A stretch of DNA of 64,000 nt from Bryobacterales bacterium. Its GTDB lineage: Bacteria > Acidobacteriota > Terriglobia > Bryobacterales > UBA6623. The position numbers and the translations under genes are program-made. Of this stretch, positions 32,852 to 42,647 are shown piece after piece. Numbering within the stretch: position 1 is the first letter of the stretch; every line of letters begins with the position of its first letter. The DNA lies in the NCBI GenBank assembly GCA_963422375.2, contig OY729427.2, positions 128,001 to 192,000 of the forward strand, read 5' to 3'. Under the pieces are notes generated by a model. The model worked only from the letters and a program-made list of their open reading frames with translations, searched no databases and was not told where the DNA came from.

Positions 32852-34213
32852 GTGCGCGCCACGCCGGGAGCGCGGTATGTAGCTGTCCGCGCCGGACTCG
32901 CCGCGACTCTGGCTTGGACGGCGCTCGCAGCCGTCGGCGCGGACCGGCGTCTGGTCGAAGCGGTCCGCAACCGCGACGGCGCTGCGGTCGCGACGCTGCT
33001 GGCCGACGGTGCCGATGCCCGCTCGGCCGTCGGCGCGACAGCCTTGGCTTGGGCCGTCCATCTCCAGGACCGGGAGACCGTGGAGCGCCTGCTGGCGGCG
33101 GGGGCCGACGCAAACGCCAGCGCCGACTACGGCGACACGCCGCTCCTGCTGGCTTGCGCCAACGGGGACGCCCCACTGGTCGCTGCGCTGCTGGCGGCGG
33201 GGGCCGAGGCGGGAGCGAAGCGCTGGAACGGCGAGACGGCGCTGATGCTCGCCGCGGCAACGGGTCTGGCCGACTCGGCCGGGATGCTTGCACGGATGGG
33301 GGCCGCACTGGACGCGACCGAATCGCAGCGCGGACAGACAGCCCTCATGTGGGCGGCCGACGCCGGGCACCCTGAAACGGTCGAGGCTTTGATCCGGGCG
33401 GGCGCGGACGTCAGCGTCTCCTCCGACAGGGGATTCACCGCCCTGGCGTTCGCCTCGAAACGCAACGACGTGCGGTCCATTCGGGTTCTGCTGGCGGCCG
33501 GAGCCGACCCGAACGCCGTTACAGCGGACGGCAGCGCGCCGACCGGCATCGCGGCGGCCTTCGGGCACACGGAAGCGCTCGATCTGCTGCTCGCGGGCGG
33601 CGGCCGCGCCTCGACAGCGGACCGCGAGGGGCGGACCCCGCTGTACCTAGCCGCCCGCGCCGGCGATTCCGAATCCGTCGCGCTGCTGCTCACGGGCGGG
33701 GCCGACCCCAATCTGCACACCGCCCCGGTGGAGGATCACGGATCGAACCGCGACCTGCGCCGCACGGACGGCGAGGACACGCCGCTGCTGGCGGCCACTC
33801 TGGGCGGCCACGTCGACGTGATGCGGCAGCTGGTCGCCGCCGGCGCGGATCCGAAGGCTCGCACTCAGGACGGCGCGACGCTCCTCATGCGGGCCGCGCG
33901 GAGCGGGAAGCTGCCGGTGGCGGAATACGCCTTCTCGCTCGACAGCGACGTGACCGCGCGGACGAGCATCGGGCGGACGGTGATGCATGCTTCCGTGATA
34001 CTGACCTCCTCCGTCTCGACGCCGGAGGAGATCTGCGAGCTGATCCGGTTCCTTGCGTCCAAGGGGGCCGACCCGGATCCGATCGACGCGGGCGGACGGA
34101 CGGCCATCTCGACAGCGGACGTCTGGCCGATCGAGCAGGCTTCGACGCTGCTCTACGAGCTGACCGTCGCCGACGGCCGGCGGCCGAAGATTCTGCCCGC
34201 GAGCCTGCGCTAG
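32852..34213 (+). CDS. Secreted ankyrin-repeat protein
   Basis: Many G-x-T-[PA]-L...LL..GAD repeats after a signal-like N-terminus; the start codon is approximate. Confidence 0.88.
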   Translation: MRATPGARYVAVRAGLAATLAWTALAAVGADRRLVEAVRNRDGAAVATLLADGADARSAVGATALAWAVHLQDRETVERLLAAGADANASADYGDTPLLLACANGDAPLVAALLAAGAEAGAKRWNGETALMLAAATGLADSAGMLARMGAALDATESQRGQTALMWAADAGHPETVEALIRAGADVSVSSDRGFTALAFASKRNDVRSIRVLLAAGADPNAVTADGSAPTGIAAAFGHTEALDLLLAGGGRASTADREGRTPLYLAARAGDSESVALLLTGGADPNLHTAPVEDHGSNRDLRRTDGEDTPLLAATLGGHVDVMRQLVAAGADPKARTQDGATLLMRAARSGKLPVAEYAFSLDSDVTARTSIGRTVMHASVILTSSVSTPEEICELIRFLASKGADPDPIDAGGRTAISTADVWPIEQASTLLYELTVADGRRPKILPASLR

Positions 34214-34281
34214 CAGCGCCGGGATCCGCAGCGCCCGAAGCTTGCGAGCACGCCCGCGTTGGGGTACTCTGCTAGAAGACC

Positions 34282-34617
34282 ATGTTCTGCGGGACTTGCG
34301 GATTCGAGGTCGAAGAGGACGATTCCTACTGCCGGAAATGCGGCACCCCGGTCGGCCAAGCGCGACCGCGGGAAGCCGCGAAGGCTTGTGCCAAGGGACG
34401 CGACGGGCGCATGATCGCCGGAGTGTGCGTCGGCTGCGCCCGTTACTTCGGCAAGGACGTCACCATCGTCCGGGCCGTGTGGACCCTCGCCGCCATCACC
34501 CCCCCTATTTTCCCGGGCGTCGTGGCGTACGTGATCGGATGGCTCCTCATGCCCGGGCCCGCCGCGATGCCGAGCGGCGAGCGCCCGGCCGCCAGCGGCG
34601 CCGTGGCGTCCGAATAG
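34282..34617 (+). CDS. Zinc-ribbon + PspC domain protein
   Basis: MFCGTCG...YCRKCG, MIAGVCVGCARYFGKDVTIVR and AYVIGWLLMP. Confidence 0.88.
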   Translation: MFCGTCGFEVEEDDSYCRKCGTPVGQARPREAAKACAKGRDGRMIAGVCVGCARYFGKDVTIVRAVWTLAAITPPIFPGVVAYVIGWLLMPGPAAMPSGERPAASGAVASE

Positions 34618-34626
34618 TCGAGCGCC

Positions 34627-35685
34627 GTGATTGAGACGCTCGCCTACGCCCGCGCGGGCGTGCTGGGCAATCCCTCCGACGGGTACTTCGGCAAGACCAT
34701 CGCGCTGACGCTGCGCAATTTCCGCTCGCGCACCCTGCTCTACCCCAGCGCGCGGCTCGAGATCCGGCCCTCGGCGGCCGACATCCCGATCTGGGAGAAC
34801 CTGCAGGAACTCAGGGCGCACACCCGCTGGCGGGGCTACTACGGCGGGATCCGCATCATCCGGGCGCTGTTGATGCGCTTCAGCGACCACTGCGCCGACA
34901 ACGGAATCCGCCTGCACGACCGCAATTTCACGATCGAGTACGAGTCGAACATCCCCTTGCGCCTCGGCATGGGCGGATCGTCCGCGATCATCACCTCCGC
35001 TCTGCGGGCCCTCATGCAGTTTTACGAGGTCGAAATCCCCCTGCCGCTCCAAGCGAACCTAGTGCTCGAAACCGAGACGAGGGAGCTGGGCGTGGCCGCG
35101 GGCCTGCAAGACCGGGTCGCGCAAGTCTACGAGGGACTCGTCTACATGGACTTCGACCGAACGTTGATGGAGTCGCGGGGCTATGGGGCGTACGAGTCGC
35201 TCGACACCGCCCTCCTGCCCAACCTCTACGTGGCCTACCGCACGAGCCTGAGCGAAGGCACGGAAGTCTTCCACAACGACCTGAGACGGCGCTTCGACGG
35301 AGGGGATCCGGCCGTGACCGCCTCGATGTCGCAGTGGGCCGCCATGGCCGAGGACGGCAGGCAGGCGCTGCTGGCTGGCGACTCGGAACGCTTCGGCCGC
35401 CTCGTGGACGCGAACTTCGACCTGCGCGCGTCTATCTGCAGGATCAGCCCCGAGAACCTTCGAATGGTGCGGGTCGCGCGCGAGGCGGGCGCCACCGCGA
35501 AGTTCGCCGGCTCGGGCGGAGCCATCATAGGAACGTACGGCGACGAAGCCCGCTTCGGCAACCTGCGCGAGGCGCTGGCTCGGACCGGCGTCCGCGTGAT
35601 CCGGCCCGCCCTCGCCGTGCCGCCAGCCGTCGGGCCCGGCGCTCAGGCCGGCAGGCCCGGCATGGTCCCGGCCGTGCGGGTCTGA
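34627..35685 (+). CDS. GHMP kinase, glucuronokinase-like
   Basis: AYARAGVLGNPSDGYFGKTI, IPLRLGMGGSSAII, AGLQDRVAQVYEG and KFAGSGGA. Confidence 0.88.
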   Translation: MIETLAYARAGVLGNPSDGYFGKTIALTLRNFRSRTLLYPSARLEIRPSAADIPIWENLQELRAHTRWRGYYGGIRIIRALLMRFSDHCADNGIRLHDRNFTIEYESNIPLRLGMGGSSAIITSALRALMQFYEVEIPLPLQANLVLETETRELGVAAGLQDRVAQVYEGLVYMDFDRTLMESRGYGAYESLDTALLPNLYVAYRTSLSEGTEVFHNDLRRRFDGGDPAVTASMSQWAAMAEDGRQALLAGDSERFGRLVDANFDLRASICRISPENLRMVRVAREAGATAKFAGSGGAIIGTYGDEARFGNLREALARTGVRVIRPALAVPPAVGPGAQAGRPGMVPAVRV

Positions 35686-36602
35686 ACCCGGCAGAGGTAG
35701 TCGTCGGCGCACAGGTACAGCGTCGACCCGTCCCCGCCCCAGCAGAGGTTGGCGACCCGCGTGCCCGTCACGATGCGCCCGAGAAGGGTCCCGTCCGGGC
35801 GGAGCGCCCACACCCCGCCGGGGCCGGTGGAGAAGATGTTGCCGGCGCGGTCGACCTTGATGCCGTCGGGCAGGCCGGGCGCCTCCGCGACGCGTTCCGC
35901 GAGGTCGACTACCGCGCTGCCCGCACCGAGGGTGCCGTCCCCTAGCACCGGGTAGCGCATGACGACCGGGCGGCGCGGGTTCGACTGCGTCACGTAGAGA
36001 TGCCGCTCCTGCGGGTCGAAGGCGACGCCGTTGGGATTCTCCAGTTCCTCGCACACCAGCACGGCCTCGCGCGTCCCGGCGCGGACGAGGTAGACCCCGC
36101 AGAAGTCCAGCTCCCGAGTGGGGTCCGCGTAGCGCCGGTGCAGGCCGTAGGCGGGATCCGTGAAGTACAGGTCACCGCGCGCGTTGAGGACGAGATCGTT
36201 GGGGGAGTTCAGGCGCTTGCCGCGGTAGGAGTCGACGACGGTGACCTTGCCGCCTCCGCGCTCCAGCCGCGAGACGCGCCGGTCGCCGTGCTCGCAGGCC
36301 CACAGGCGGCCCTCCCCGTCGAGAGTCAGGCCGTTCGAGCCCGGCTCCTTGCCGTAGTAGGCGACGCCGGTGTAGCCCGACGGCTGCATCCAGATGCTCG
36401 CGCCGTCCCGCTCGCTCCAGCGCAGGATCGCGTTGCGCGGGATGTCCGAGAACAGCAAGTAGCCGCCTCGCGCCTCCCACACGGGCCCTTCAGGCCAGGC
36501 GAAGCCCACGTCCAGAACTTCGATGCGCGCCTCCGGCGCGATGAGTTCGTCGAGCCGGGCATCGAATCGCTCGATTCGCCCGAGTGCCTCGAATTCGTGC
36601 AT
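35643..36602 (-). CDS. SMP-30/gluconolactonase/LRE family protein
   Basis: EGPVW, LFSDIP, GSNGL, LNSPNDL, NPNGVAF and PDGIKVD. Confidence 0.92.
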   Translation of the reverse strand: MHEFEALGRIERFDARLDELIAPEARIEVLDVGFAWPEGPVWEARGGYLLFSDIPRNAILRWSERDGASIWMQPSGYTGVAYYGKEPGSNGLTLDGEGRLWACEHGDRRVSRLERGGGKVTVVDSYRGKRLNSPNDLVLNARGDLYFTDPAYGLHRRYADPTRELDFCGVYLVRAGTREAVLVCEELENPNGVAFDPQERHLYVTQSNPRRPVVMRYPVLGDGTLGAGSAVVDLAERVAEAPGLPDGIKVDRAGNIFSTGPGGVWALRPDGTLLGRIVTGTRVANLCWGGDGSTLYLCADDYLCRVQTRTAGTMPGLPA

Positions 36603-36844
36603 GAACCGACATTCTATCCCGCGGCGGGCAGTCCCGAGCTTCCGCGCGGGGCAACGGGCAGCCGGGCGACCGAGCCGCGACCGCCAACCTCGAAGGGGCC
36701 GGCTGCGACGTGCGGCCCGCCCAGCGGACGCGCCCCGGAGGCGAGGTTGCATTCCCGGGCCGGGCTCGCTACAATGGAATCGGTCGCAGTTTCGGCCCTA
36801 TCCGAAAGTGGGCTCGCGCCCACTTTTTTTGTGATCGCGTCGCG

Positions 36845-37315
36845 ATGCAGTTCGAGAAGCAGGCAATGATCGAGCGAGTCTGCGCCGTGGCGGGTCGGAT
36901 CGTCGCGTCCGAGGGCCTCGAGCTCGTCGAAGCCGAGTGGAAGGGCACCTCGCGCCGGGGCACCCTGCGAGTCTTCATCGACAAGCCGTCCGGAATCACC
37001 CATGCCGACTGCGAGCGCGTCTCGCACCAGCTCTCCGCGGCGCTGGACGTGGAGGACCCGATCCCCGACGCCTACAACCTCGAAGTGTCGTCACCGGGCC
37101 TGGACCGCAAGCTGGCGAAGCCCGCGGACTTCCGCCGATTCGCCGGACGCAAGGCGAGGCTGCGCAGGAGGGAGCCCCTGCACGGCACGCACCAGTTGAC
37201 CGGCAGCATCGAGGGATGCTCCGCCGACGCCGTGCTCGTGCGCGGATCCGGCGGGGAGACGCTGGAAGTCCCGTTCGACGAGATCGAGTCGGCCCGGCTG
37301 GTCGCCGAGGTCTAG
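36845..37315 (+). CDS. rimP: Ribosome maturation factor RimP
   Basis: LRVFIDKPSGITHADCERVS and YNLEVSSPGLDR; first gene of the nusA-infB operon. Confidence 0.96.
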   Translation: MQFEKQAMIERVCAVAGRIVASEGLELVEAEWKGTSRRGTLRVFIDKPSGITHADCERVSHQLSAALDVEDPIPDAYNLEVSSPGLDRKLAKPADFRRFAGRKARLRRREPLHGTHQLTGSIEGCSADAVLVRGSGGETLEVPFDEIESARLVAEV

Positions 37316-37347
37316 GACTGCCGGAGAGGCCGGAGGTACAAGGGCGC

Positions 37348-38994
37348 ATGGCGCAGGGAATCTTCCAGGAAATCGAGCTGCTCAGCCAGCACAAGGGGAT
37401 CGACCTCGAGATCCTCCTGGAGGCGGTCAAGGACGCCATGGTGGCGGCCGTGCGCAAGCACTACAAGACCGAGGAGGACCTCGTCGCCGAGTTCAATTCC
37501 AAGAGCGGCGCGATCGAGGTCTTCGCCATCAGGACGGTGACCGGCCTAGTCGCGAACCCCTCGCAGGAAGTGAGCCTCGCGCAGGCGCGCAGGATCGATC
37601 CCAAGGCGCGCGTGGGGTCGGTGATCCGGGCCAAGAAGTCGACTGCCGGCATGGGGCACATCGCCGCCCAGATGGCGAAGCAGGTCATCTTCCAGAAGAT
37701 CCGCGAGGCCGAGCGCGAGACAATCTGCGCCGAGTTCGAGGACCTCGTCTACACGATGGACTACTGCACGGTCAAGCGCATCGAGGGCCAGGATCTGATC
37801 GTCGAGATCGGGCGCACCGAAGCGCGCATCCCGCGGCGCGAGCAGTCCCGGCTGGAGAGCTACATGCCCGGCGACCGCGTGCGGGTCGTGATCAAGGCTC
37901 TCGAGAGGTCCGGGCGCGGGCCAGCGGTCATCGCCTCGCGGGCAAGCGAGGAGCTGGTCAAGCGCCTGTTCGAGCAGGAAGTGCCCGAGATTTACGACAA
38001 GACGGTCGAGATCAAGGCCTGCGCCCGCGAAGCGGGCGAGCGCACCAAGATCGCCGTCCAGTCGCGGGACCGCGACGTAGACGCGGTCGGTGCATGCGTC
38101 GGCATGAAGGGGATGCGCGTGCAGACGATCATCCGCGAGCTGCGCGGTGAAAAGATCGACATCATCGAGTACATCGAGAATCCTTTGGACATGGTCCGCT
38201 GGGCGCTCAGCCCGGCCAAGGTCAGCCGCGTCAACGTGCTCGACCCCGACCTGCGCCATATGGAAGTCGTCGTCGACGAGTCGCAGCTTTCGCTGGCGAT
38301 CGGCAAGAAAGGCCAGAACGTGCGCCTCGCGGCGAAGCTGCTGAGCTGGCGCATCGACATCAAGAGCGAGGAGGAAAAGCGCGCTGAAGTCGAGAAGGCT
38401 TTCGCCGCGATCAGCGGCGGCGGCACGCCCGTCACCATGCTTCTCGACTACGGCCTGAGCGGGGGGCTGGTGGAACGCCTGATCCAGTCCAAGGTCGCCA
38501 CAGTCGAGGCGCTCGCGGACATGACTCCCGAGCAGATCATGGAGATCCCGGGTGTCGGCCCGGAGCTGGTCGAGCGCATCCACATCGCCGTGAGCCGGTG
38601 CTACTCGCACCTGGCCCGGACGGTGGGAGTCGTGCAGCCCTCCGACGACGAGGAGCCTGACGCGGAGGGCCCGGAGGGCCCGCAGGACGACGACACCGCC
38701 AAGTCGGCCCAGGCCGCCGCCGTGCTGCCCGGCGAGCCGACGTCCGCCTCCGCGGACGACGCCGAGGACGAAGAGATCGACTTCGACGTAGAGGAGCTCG
38801 AACGCTTTGGTAAGATGAATCGTTACAGGGGGCCGGGCCCGGAAAACGGGCGCCCGCTAGCTGGACAGGACGAAGCTCGACCCGTAGCGGCAGGAGCCGC
38901 CGAACCGGCGGGGACCGGTTCGGCCGGTGCCACGGCGGAGCCGAGCGCGTCCCTGGTGGCAGGGTCCGAGGAGAAGAACGATTCGCATCAATGA
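37348..38994 (+). CDS. nusA: Transcription termination/antitermination factor NusA with acidic C-terminal extension
   Basis: AKQVIFQKIREAER, LFEQEVPEI, REAGERTKIAV, VGACVGMKGMRV and LSLAIGKKGQNVRLA; SD GGAGG. Confidence 0.97.
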   Translation: MAQGIFQEIELLSQHKGIDLEILLEAVKDAMVAAVRKHYKTEEDLVAEFNSKSGAIEVFAIRTVTGLVANPSQEVSLAQARRIDPKARVGSVIRAKKSTAGMGHIAAQMAKQVIFQKIREAERETICAEFEDLVYTMDYCTVKRIEGQDLIVEIGRTEARIPRREQSRLESYMPGDRVRVVIKALERSGRGPAVIASRASEELVKRLFEQEVPEIYDKTVEIKACAREAGERTKIAVQSRDRDVDAVGACVGMKGMRVQTIIRELRGEKIDIIEYIENPLDMVRWALSPAKVSRVNVLDPDLRHMEVVVDESQLSLAIGKKGQNVRLAAKLLSWRIDIKSEEEKRAEVEKAFAAISGGGTPVTMLLDYGLSGGLVERLIQSKVATVEALADMTPEQIMEIPGVGPELVERIHIAVSRCYSHLARTVGVVQPSDDEEPDAEGPEGPQDDDTAKSAQAAAVLPGEPTSASADDAEDEEIDFDVEELERFGKMNRYRGPGPENGRPLAGQDEARPVAAGAAEPAGTGSAGATAEPSASLVAGSEEKNDSHQ

Positions 38995-41900
38995 GCTAGC
39001 CCGGGAGTTGGAGGTCAAGTCCAAGGAGATTCTCGCAGTACTTCCAGACTTCGACATCGACAACCCGAAGTCGCATTCCAGCTCGCTGGACGAGGCTACG
39101 GCCGACAAGGTTCGCGAAAAGATCCGCGAGAAGAAGAGCAAGGACCGGCAGCCGGTCGTCGAACTGGAACTGCCCCTGCCCAAGCGACCTCGCTCCGCGA
39201 TCAATCGGCCTGTCCCTCGGCACCCGCGCCCCCGGGCGACACCGGCTCTCCCGTCGATCCGGAGCGCCGGCGGCGGCGGACGCTTGCGCCCCCCTATGTC
39301 GCCTCTGCGCCCGCCCATGCCAGGACGCAAGCCGTCGCTGGCGGCCCCGGCCAGTCCGCCCAAGATTCCCGGTCTGACGGCTTCCGCGCCCGCGATCCCG
39401 CGGCCCGTCCTTCCGTCCGTGCCGCCTCCGCGGCCGGCACCCGCGCCCCCCGCTCGGCCGACCGCTCCCGCGGCGCCTAGCTCGAGCGCGCCAAGTCTCC
39501 GGCCCCGGAGGAGTCCGCCCGAGCGCCCGAGCGCCGCTCCCGCCCCAGAGATCACGGCACCTGCGGCGAGCCCGTCGGCGACACTTCCCCCTCCGCCGTT
39601 CGCTGGCGCCCCCGCACCGGCTTCCCATCCGCCACCCCCGGCACCGGCGGCCGATCGAGGGAGGGCGGAGAAACCCAAGCCGCCACCGCCACCGGCCCCG
39701 CGCACGCGACCGCCGGAGGTCGCGCGTGTGCCGCCCCAGTCCCCCGGCCCAGCTGCGCGGGGCATCGGGCCAGGACCGGCGATTCCGGCCCGCCGACCGG
39801 CACCAGCCCGGGCGGCGAAGCCTCCGGCGGAAGCCCGCCCGGCTCCCGGGCAGGCCCGGCAACCCGTTCTTCCGCCCCCCAGGGAGAGGCTGATCCAGCA
39901 GGCCCGCCCCCCAGCCGCGCCCCTTCGCCCAATGCCCCCGGCCCCCCCGACGCTGCGCAGAGTCGGCCCGGCCCGGCCCAACGTCATTCCAGGGGCACCG
40001 CAACCGCAGTACCCGCCGAGGAAGGCCGTCCGGCCCGCGATACCCGTCCGGCCGACCCGGCCTCCCGGGCTCGGCAGGCCTCGGGGACCAGCCGGGGCGT
40101 CCATGCTGCCGGGACGCGGCGCGCCGTCCGCGCCGACCCGTTCCACCGTGCTGATCCCGGGACGCCCGATCATGGAGCGGCGGGTCACCGCGCCGCGCAT
40201 TCCGGGCATCCCGACCGCGCCTCCCGGCCCGCCCGCGGGCTACGGGCCCCGTAGCGGGCCGGGCCTGCGCCCCGGAATGCCCGGGCGTCCGCCCGGAGCG
40301 GGGCCCGGGCGTCCCGGCGGGCCCGGGCGTCCCGGCGGGCCCGGGCGTCCCGGCGGGCCGGGCCACCGACGCCCACGCCCGCCGCAACAGCGCAGGCGGG
40401 ATCTGGAAGCGCTCGCGGAGAACAGGCTCCAGCAGCGCAAGCGCAAGGCCGAGGTGCCGAAGGCCCCGAACGACGAGATCTTCGCTTCCGACGGCACGAC
40501 AGTCAAGGAACTAGCCGAGCGGCTAGGCATCAAGGCCAACCAGATCATCAAGACCTTGGTCGAGGAGGGCCAGTTCGCCAACATCAACCAGCCCCTCGAA
40601 CTCGAGACCATCAAGAAGCTCGCCTCCCGCTTCGGCGCCAGCGCCACCGAGCTAACCTTCGAGGAAGAGGTCATTCTCGACGTCGAGCAGGATGAGACAC
40701 TCGAGGACATCGAGGTCCGGCCGCCCGTGGTCACCATCATGGGCCACGTGGACCACGGCAAGACATCTTTGCTCGACGCGGTCCGCACGACCAACGTGGC
40801 CGCTCGCGAGGCCGGAGGCATCACCCAGGCGATCGGCGCCTACCACGTCGTGCAGGACGGCAAGCGCATCGTCTTCATCGACACGCCGGGCCACGAGGCG
40901 TTCACCAAGATGCGCGCTCACGGGGCCGCGGTAACCGACATCGTCGTGCTCGTCGTCGCCGCCGACGACGGCGTGATGCCTCAGACGCTCGAGGCCATCG
41001 ACCACGCCAAGGCCGCCAGCGTCCCGATCATCGTGGCCGTGAATAAGATGGACCTGCCCAAGGCCGAACCGGAGCGCGTCAAGCAGCAGCTCACCGACCG
41101 CGGTCTCGTCCCGGACGATTGGGGCGGCGACACGATCTTCTGCCCCGTCTCTGCCAAGACCCACGAAGGGATCGACGGCCTGCTCGAGACGATCAACTTG
41201 GTCGCGGAAATGCGCGAGCTCAAGGCCAACCCGGCCCGGTCCGCCATCGGCGTCGTGCTCGAAGCCAAGCTCGACCGCGGCATGGGACCGGTGGCCACCG
41301 TGCTCACGCAGAACGGCACCCTGCGTGTCGGCGACACCTTCGTGGTGGGGTCGGTCCTCGGACGCGTGCGCGCCATGATGGACGACCGCGGCAACAAGGT
41401 CAAGGAGACCGGGCCGTCCTCGGCGGTGGTAGTGCTCGGAATGGGCTCCCTGGCCGATCCCGGCGACCAGCTTTCCGTGATCGCCGACACGGAGCGGGCC
41501 AAGAAGATTGTGGAGTACCGCGAGGAAAAGGCGCGCGAGCAGGCGATGTCCCAAACCGCGCGCCTGTCGCTCGAGCAGTTCCAGGAGCAGCTCGCGGCGG
41601 GGCGGTGCAAGGAACTGGCGATCATTCTCAAGGCGGACAACCAAGGTTCCGCGACCGTGCTGCAGGACACCCTCGCGAAGCTGACAAGCGAAAAGGTCAA
41701 GGTCCGCGTCATACATTCCGGGGTCGGCGCGATCAAGGAGTCCGACGTTCTCCTCGCAATCACCGCCTCGGCAGTCGTGGTGGGGTTCAACGTGCGACCG
41801 GAGCGCTCGGCGGCGACGCTGGCCGAGAAGGAAGGCATCGACGTCCGCTTGCACACCGTCATATACGAACTCGTGGACGAGCTGAAGATGGCGCTGGCCG

Positions 41901-42238
41901 GCCTGCTCGAACCGATCCGCAAGGAGGAGTTCCTCGGACGTGCCAAGGTGCTGGAAGTCTTCAACATCACGAACGTCGGGACCGTCGCAGGCTGCCAGCT
42001 GGACGAGGGGATCGCGACCAGCGGCGCTTCGGCGAGGCTGCTTCGCGACAACGTGGTGGTTCACACCGGCCGGATCGATTCGCTGCGCAGGTTCAAGGAC
42101 GACGTCAGGGAAGTTCGCGCCGGGCAGGAATGCGGCATGCATTTCGAGCGCTACAGCGACATCAAGAAGGGTGACGAGATCGAGCTCTTCAAGACTATCG
42201 AGATTGCGCAGGACATCAACGAGCTGATTCCCGTCTGA
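38981..42238 (+). CDS. infB: Translation initiation factor IF-2; start uncertain (ATT 38981, ACG 38978 or GTG 38927)
   Basis: IRINELARELEV N-domain, RPPVVTIMGHVDHGKTSLLD, DTPGHEAF, NKMD and LRRFKDDVREV. Confidence 0.97.
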   Translation: MRINELARELEVKSKEILAVLPDFDIDNPKSHSSSLDEATADKVREKIREKKSKDRQPVVELELPLPKRPRSAINRPVPRHPRPRATPALPSIRSAGGGGRLRPPMSPLRPPMPGRKPSLAAPASPPKIPGLTASAPAIPRPVLPSVPPPRPAPAPPARPTAPAAPSSSAPSLRPRRSPPERPSAAPAPEITAPAASPSATLPPPPFAGAPAPASHPPPPAPAADRGRAEKPKPPPPPAPRTRPPEVARVPPQSPGPAARGIGPGPAIPARRPAPARAAKPPAEARPAPGQARQPVLPPPRERLIQQARPPAAPLRPMPPAPPTLRRVGPARPNVIPGAPQPQYPPRKAVRPAIPVRPTRPPGLGRPRGPAGASMLPGRGAPSAPTRSTVLIPGRPIMERRVTAPRIPGIPTAPPGPPAGYGPRSGPGLRPGMPGRPPGAGPGRPGGPGRPGGPGRPGGPGHRRPRPPQQRRRDLEALAENRLQQRKRKAEVPKAPNDEIFASDGTTVKELAERLGIKANQIIKTLVEEGQFANINQPLELETIKKLASRFGASATELTFEEEVILDVEQDETLEDIEVRPPVVTIMGHVDHGKTSLLDAVRTTNVAAREAGGITQAIGAYHVVQDGKRIVFIDTPGHEAFTKMRAHGAAVTDIVVLVVAADDGVMPQTLEAIDHAKAASVPIIVAVNKMDLPKAEPERVKQQLTDRGLVPDDWGGDTIFCPVSAKTHEGIDGLLETINLVAEMRELKANPARSAIGVVLEAKLDRGMGPVATVLTQNGTLRVGDTFVVGSVLGRVRAMMDDRGNKVKETGPSSAVVVLGMGSLADPGDQLSVIADTERAKKIVEYREEKAREQAMSQTARLSLEQFQEQLAAGRCKELAIILKADNQGSATVLQDTLAKLTSEKVKVRVIHSGVGAIKESDVLLAITASAVVVGFNVRPERSAATLAEKEGIDVRLHTVIYELVDELKMALAGLLEPIRKEEFLGRAKVLEVFNITNVGTVAGCQLDEGIATSGASARLLRDNVVVHTGRIDSLRRFKDDVREVRAGQECGMHFERYSDIKKGDEIELFKTIEIAQDINELIPV
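40301..40354 (+). repeat. 18-bp coding tandem repeat x3 (GPGRPG) in infB
   Basis: GGGCCCGGGCGTCCCGGC x3 read directly. Confidence 0.9.
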
Positions 42239-42353
42239 CCAAGAACGCGCGGGCGGCGCGTAGCGGCTCGCGGACTCCGGCCCATGCCGGGTTCCGCGAG
42301 TCGCTGGCGCGCTTGCCAGAGGACGGTCTCAACCGGCGACAGGGACGAGCGGC

Positions 42354-42647
42354 ATGGAGTATTGCGTCGGGGCGCTGAGCCTGAGGATTCGCATCGAGCA
42401 CTCGGGCTCCCTGAAGGACAAGCGCCAAGTCCTCCGTTCGTTGAAGGACCGCCTGAGGAGGCGGCACAACGTCGCGGTCGCCGAAGTGGCCGGGCAGCAC
42501 AGCTGGCACGAGTCAGTGGTAACGGCCGCCACCGTCTCGGGCACTGTCGCCGGAGTCAGGCGGGTCCTTGACGCGGTGGAGAGAGACGCCGAGCAGGCCC
42601 TCGGAAGGGAACTGCACGAGACGGCCCGCGAGCTATTCGAGGGCTAG
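42354..42647 (+). CDS. DUF503 (YlxP-like) protein
   Basis: SLKDKRQVLRSLKDRLRRRHNVAVAEV; usual position after infB. Confidence 0.9.
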   Translation: MEYCVGALSLRIRIEHSGSLKDKRQVLRSLKDRLRRRHNVAVAEVAGQHSWHESVVTAATVSGTVAGVRRVLDAVERDAEQALGRELHETARELFEG

